Virus record (IMG/VR): IMGVR_UViG_3300025520_000140
Location: 1-58,594 of that record
DNA from: a virus
Lineage: Duplodnaviria; Caudoviricetes
Direction: 5' to 3' (one strand)
Length of the DNA stretch: 58,594 bases
Within the stretch, counting starts at the first letter, position 1, and each line of letters opens with the position of its first letter. Below are positions 58,352 to 58,594 of this stretch, piece after piece. A program made the position numbers and the translations under genes. Below the pieces are notes generated by a model. That model did not search any database. It worked only from the letters and a program-made list of their open reading frames with translations, and was not told the DNA's origin.

Positions 58352-58594
58352 TTGAAGGGTTTTTGGAACGGGCTGCAGAGGGCTTTTGCTGCCGTCGGCG
58401 GTTTTCTGGGCTGGTTCCTCGGCGGCATGGACGGGTTTCTTTACGCGCTGATTGTTTTCGTCACGGTTGACTATGTGACTGGTGTCCTAAGTGCTGTTAT
58501 GGGTAGAAGGCTATCCAGTGTGGCCGGGGCTAAGGGCATCTTCAAGAAGGTGCTCATTTTTGTCTTGGTGGGAGGGAGTAGGACACATAATTGA
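58352..58594 (+). pseudogene. Frameshifted holin paralog outside the element (runs to window edge)
   Basis: 55 of 74 aa identical to the 5934-6350 holin by manual count; GGAG duplication at 58571-58578 shifts GVGHII out of frame. Confidence 0.75.

Overview
A Bacillota (Clostridia-like) chromosomal locus: smpB and the tmRNA gene ssrA (895-1246, tag ANERFAFAA), followed by a ~55.7 kb integrated element bounded by an exact 61-bp duplication of the ssrA 3' end (1182-1242 and 56889-56949). Most of the element is an apparently complete siphovirus prophage on the minus strand. It carries two large serine recombinases, amidase and holin, a GH18 hydrolase, tail and HK97-type head genes, terminases and two ParB-fused methyltransferases. 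It also carries an amidoligase/gamma-glutamylcyclotransferase unit, SNF2, VRR-NUC, a VapE primase-helicase, an antirepressor, PolA, a free-standing HNH, an SSB and a phage sigma factor. A divergent, lower-GC plus-strand block encodes an NBR1-Ig-like protein, an HTH protein, a type I R-M system (hsdR has an in-frame TGA), a Hachiman-like pair, a Gabija-like OLD nuclease/UvrD pair and a RelBE-type toxin-antitoxin pair. Beyond the right repeat lie a LysM-type lipoprotein and a frameshifted holin copy. The most notable signals are an apparently nuclease-dead HamA next to an intact OLD nuclease module, two different fixed-spacing promoter motifs present three times each, a structured leader with an anti-SD ahead of the phage sigma gene, and an Ig-like protein where a repressor is expected. 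Family assignments come from motif recognition by eye; no database searches were run.
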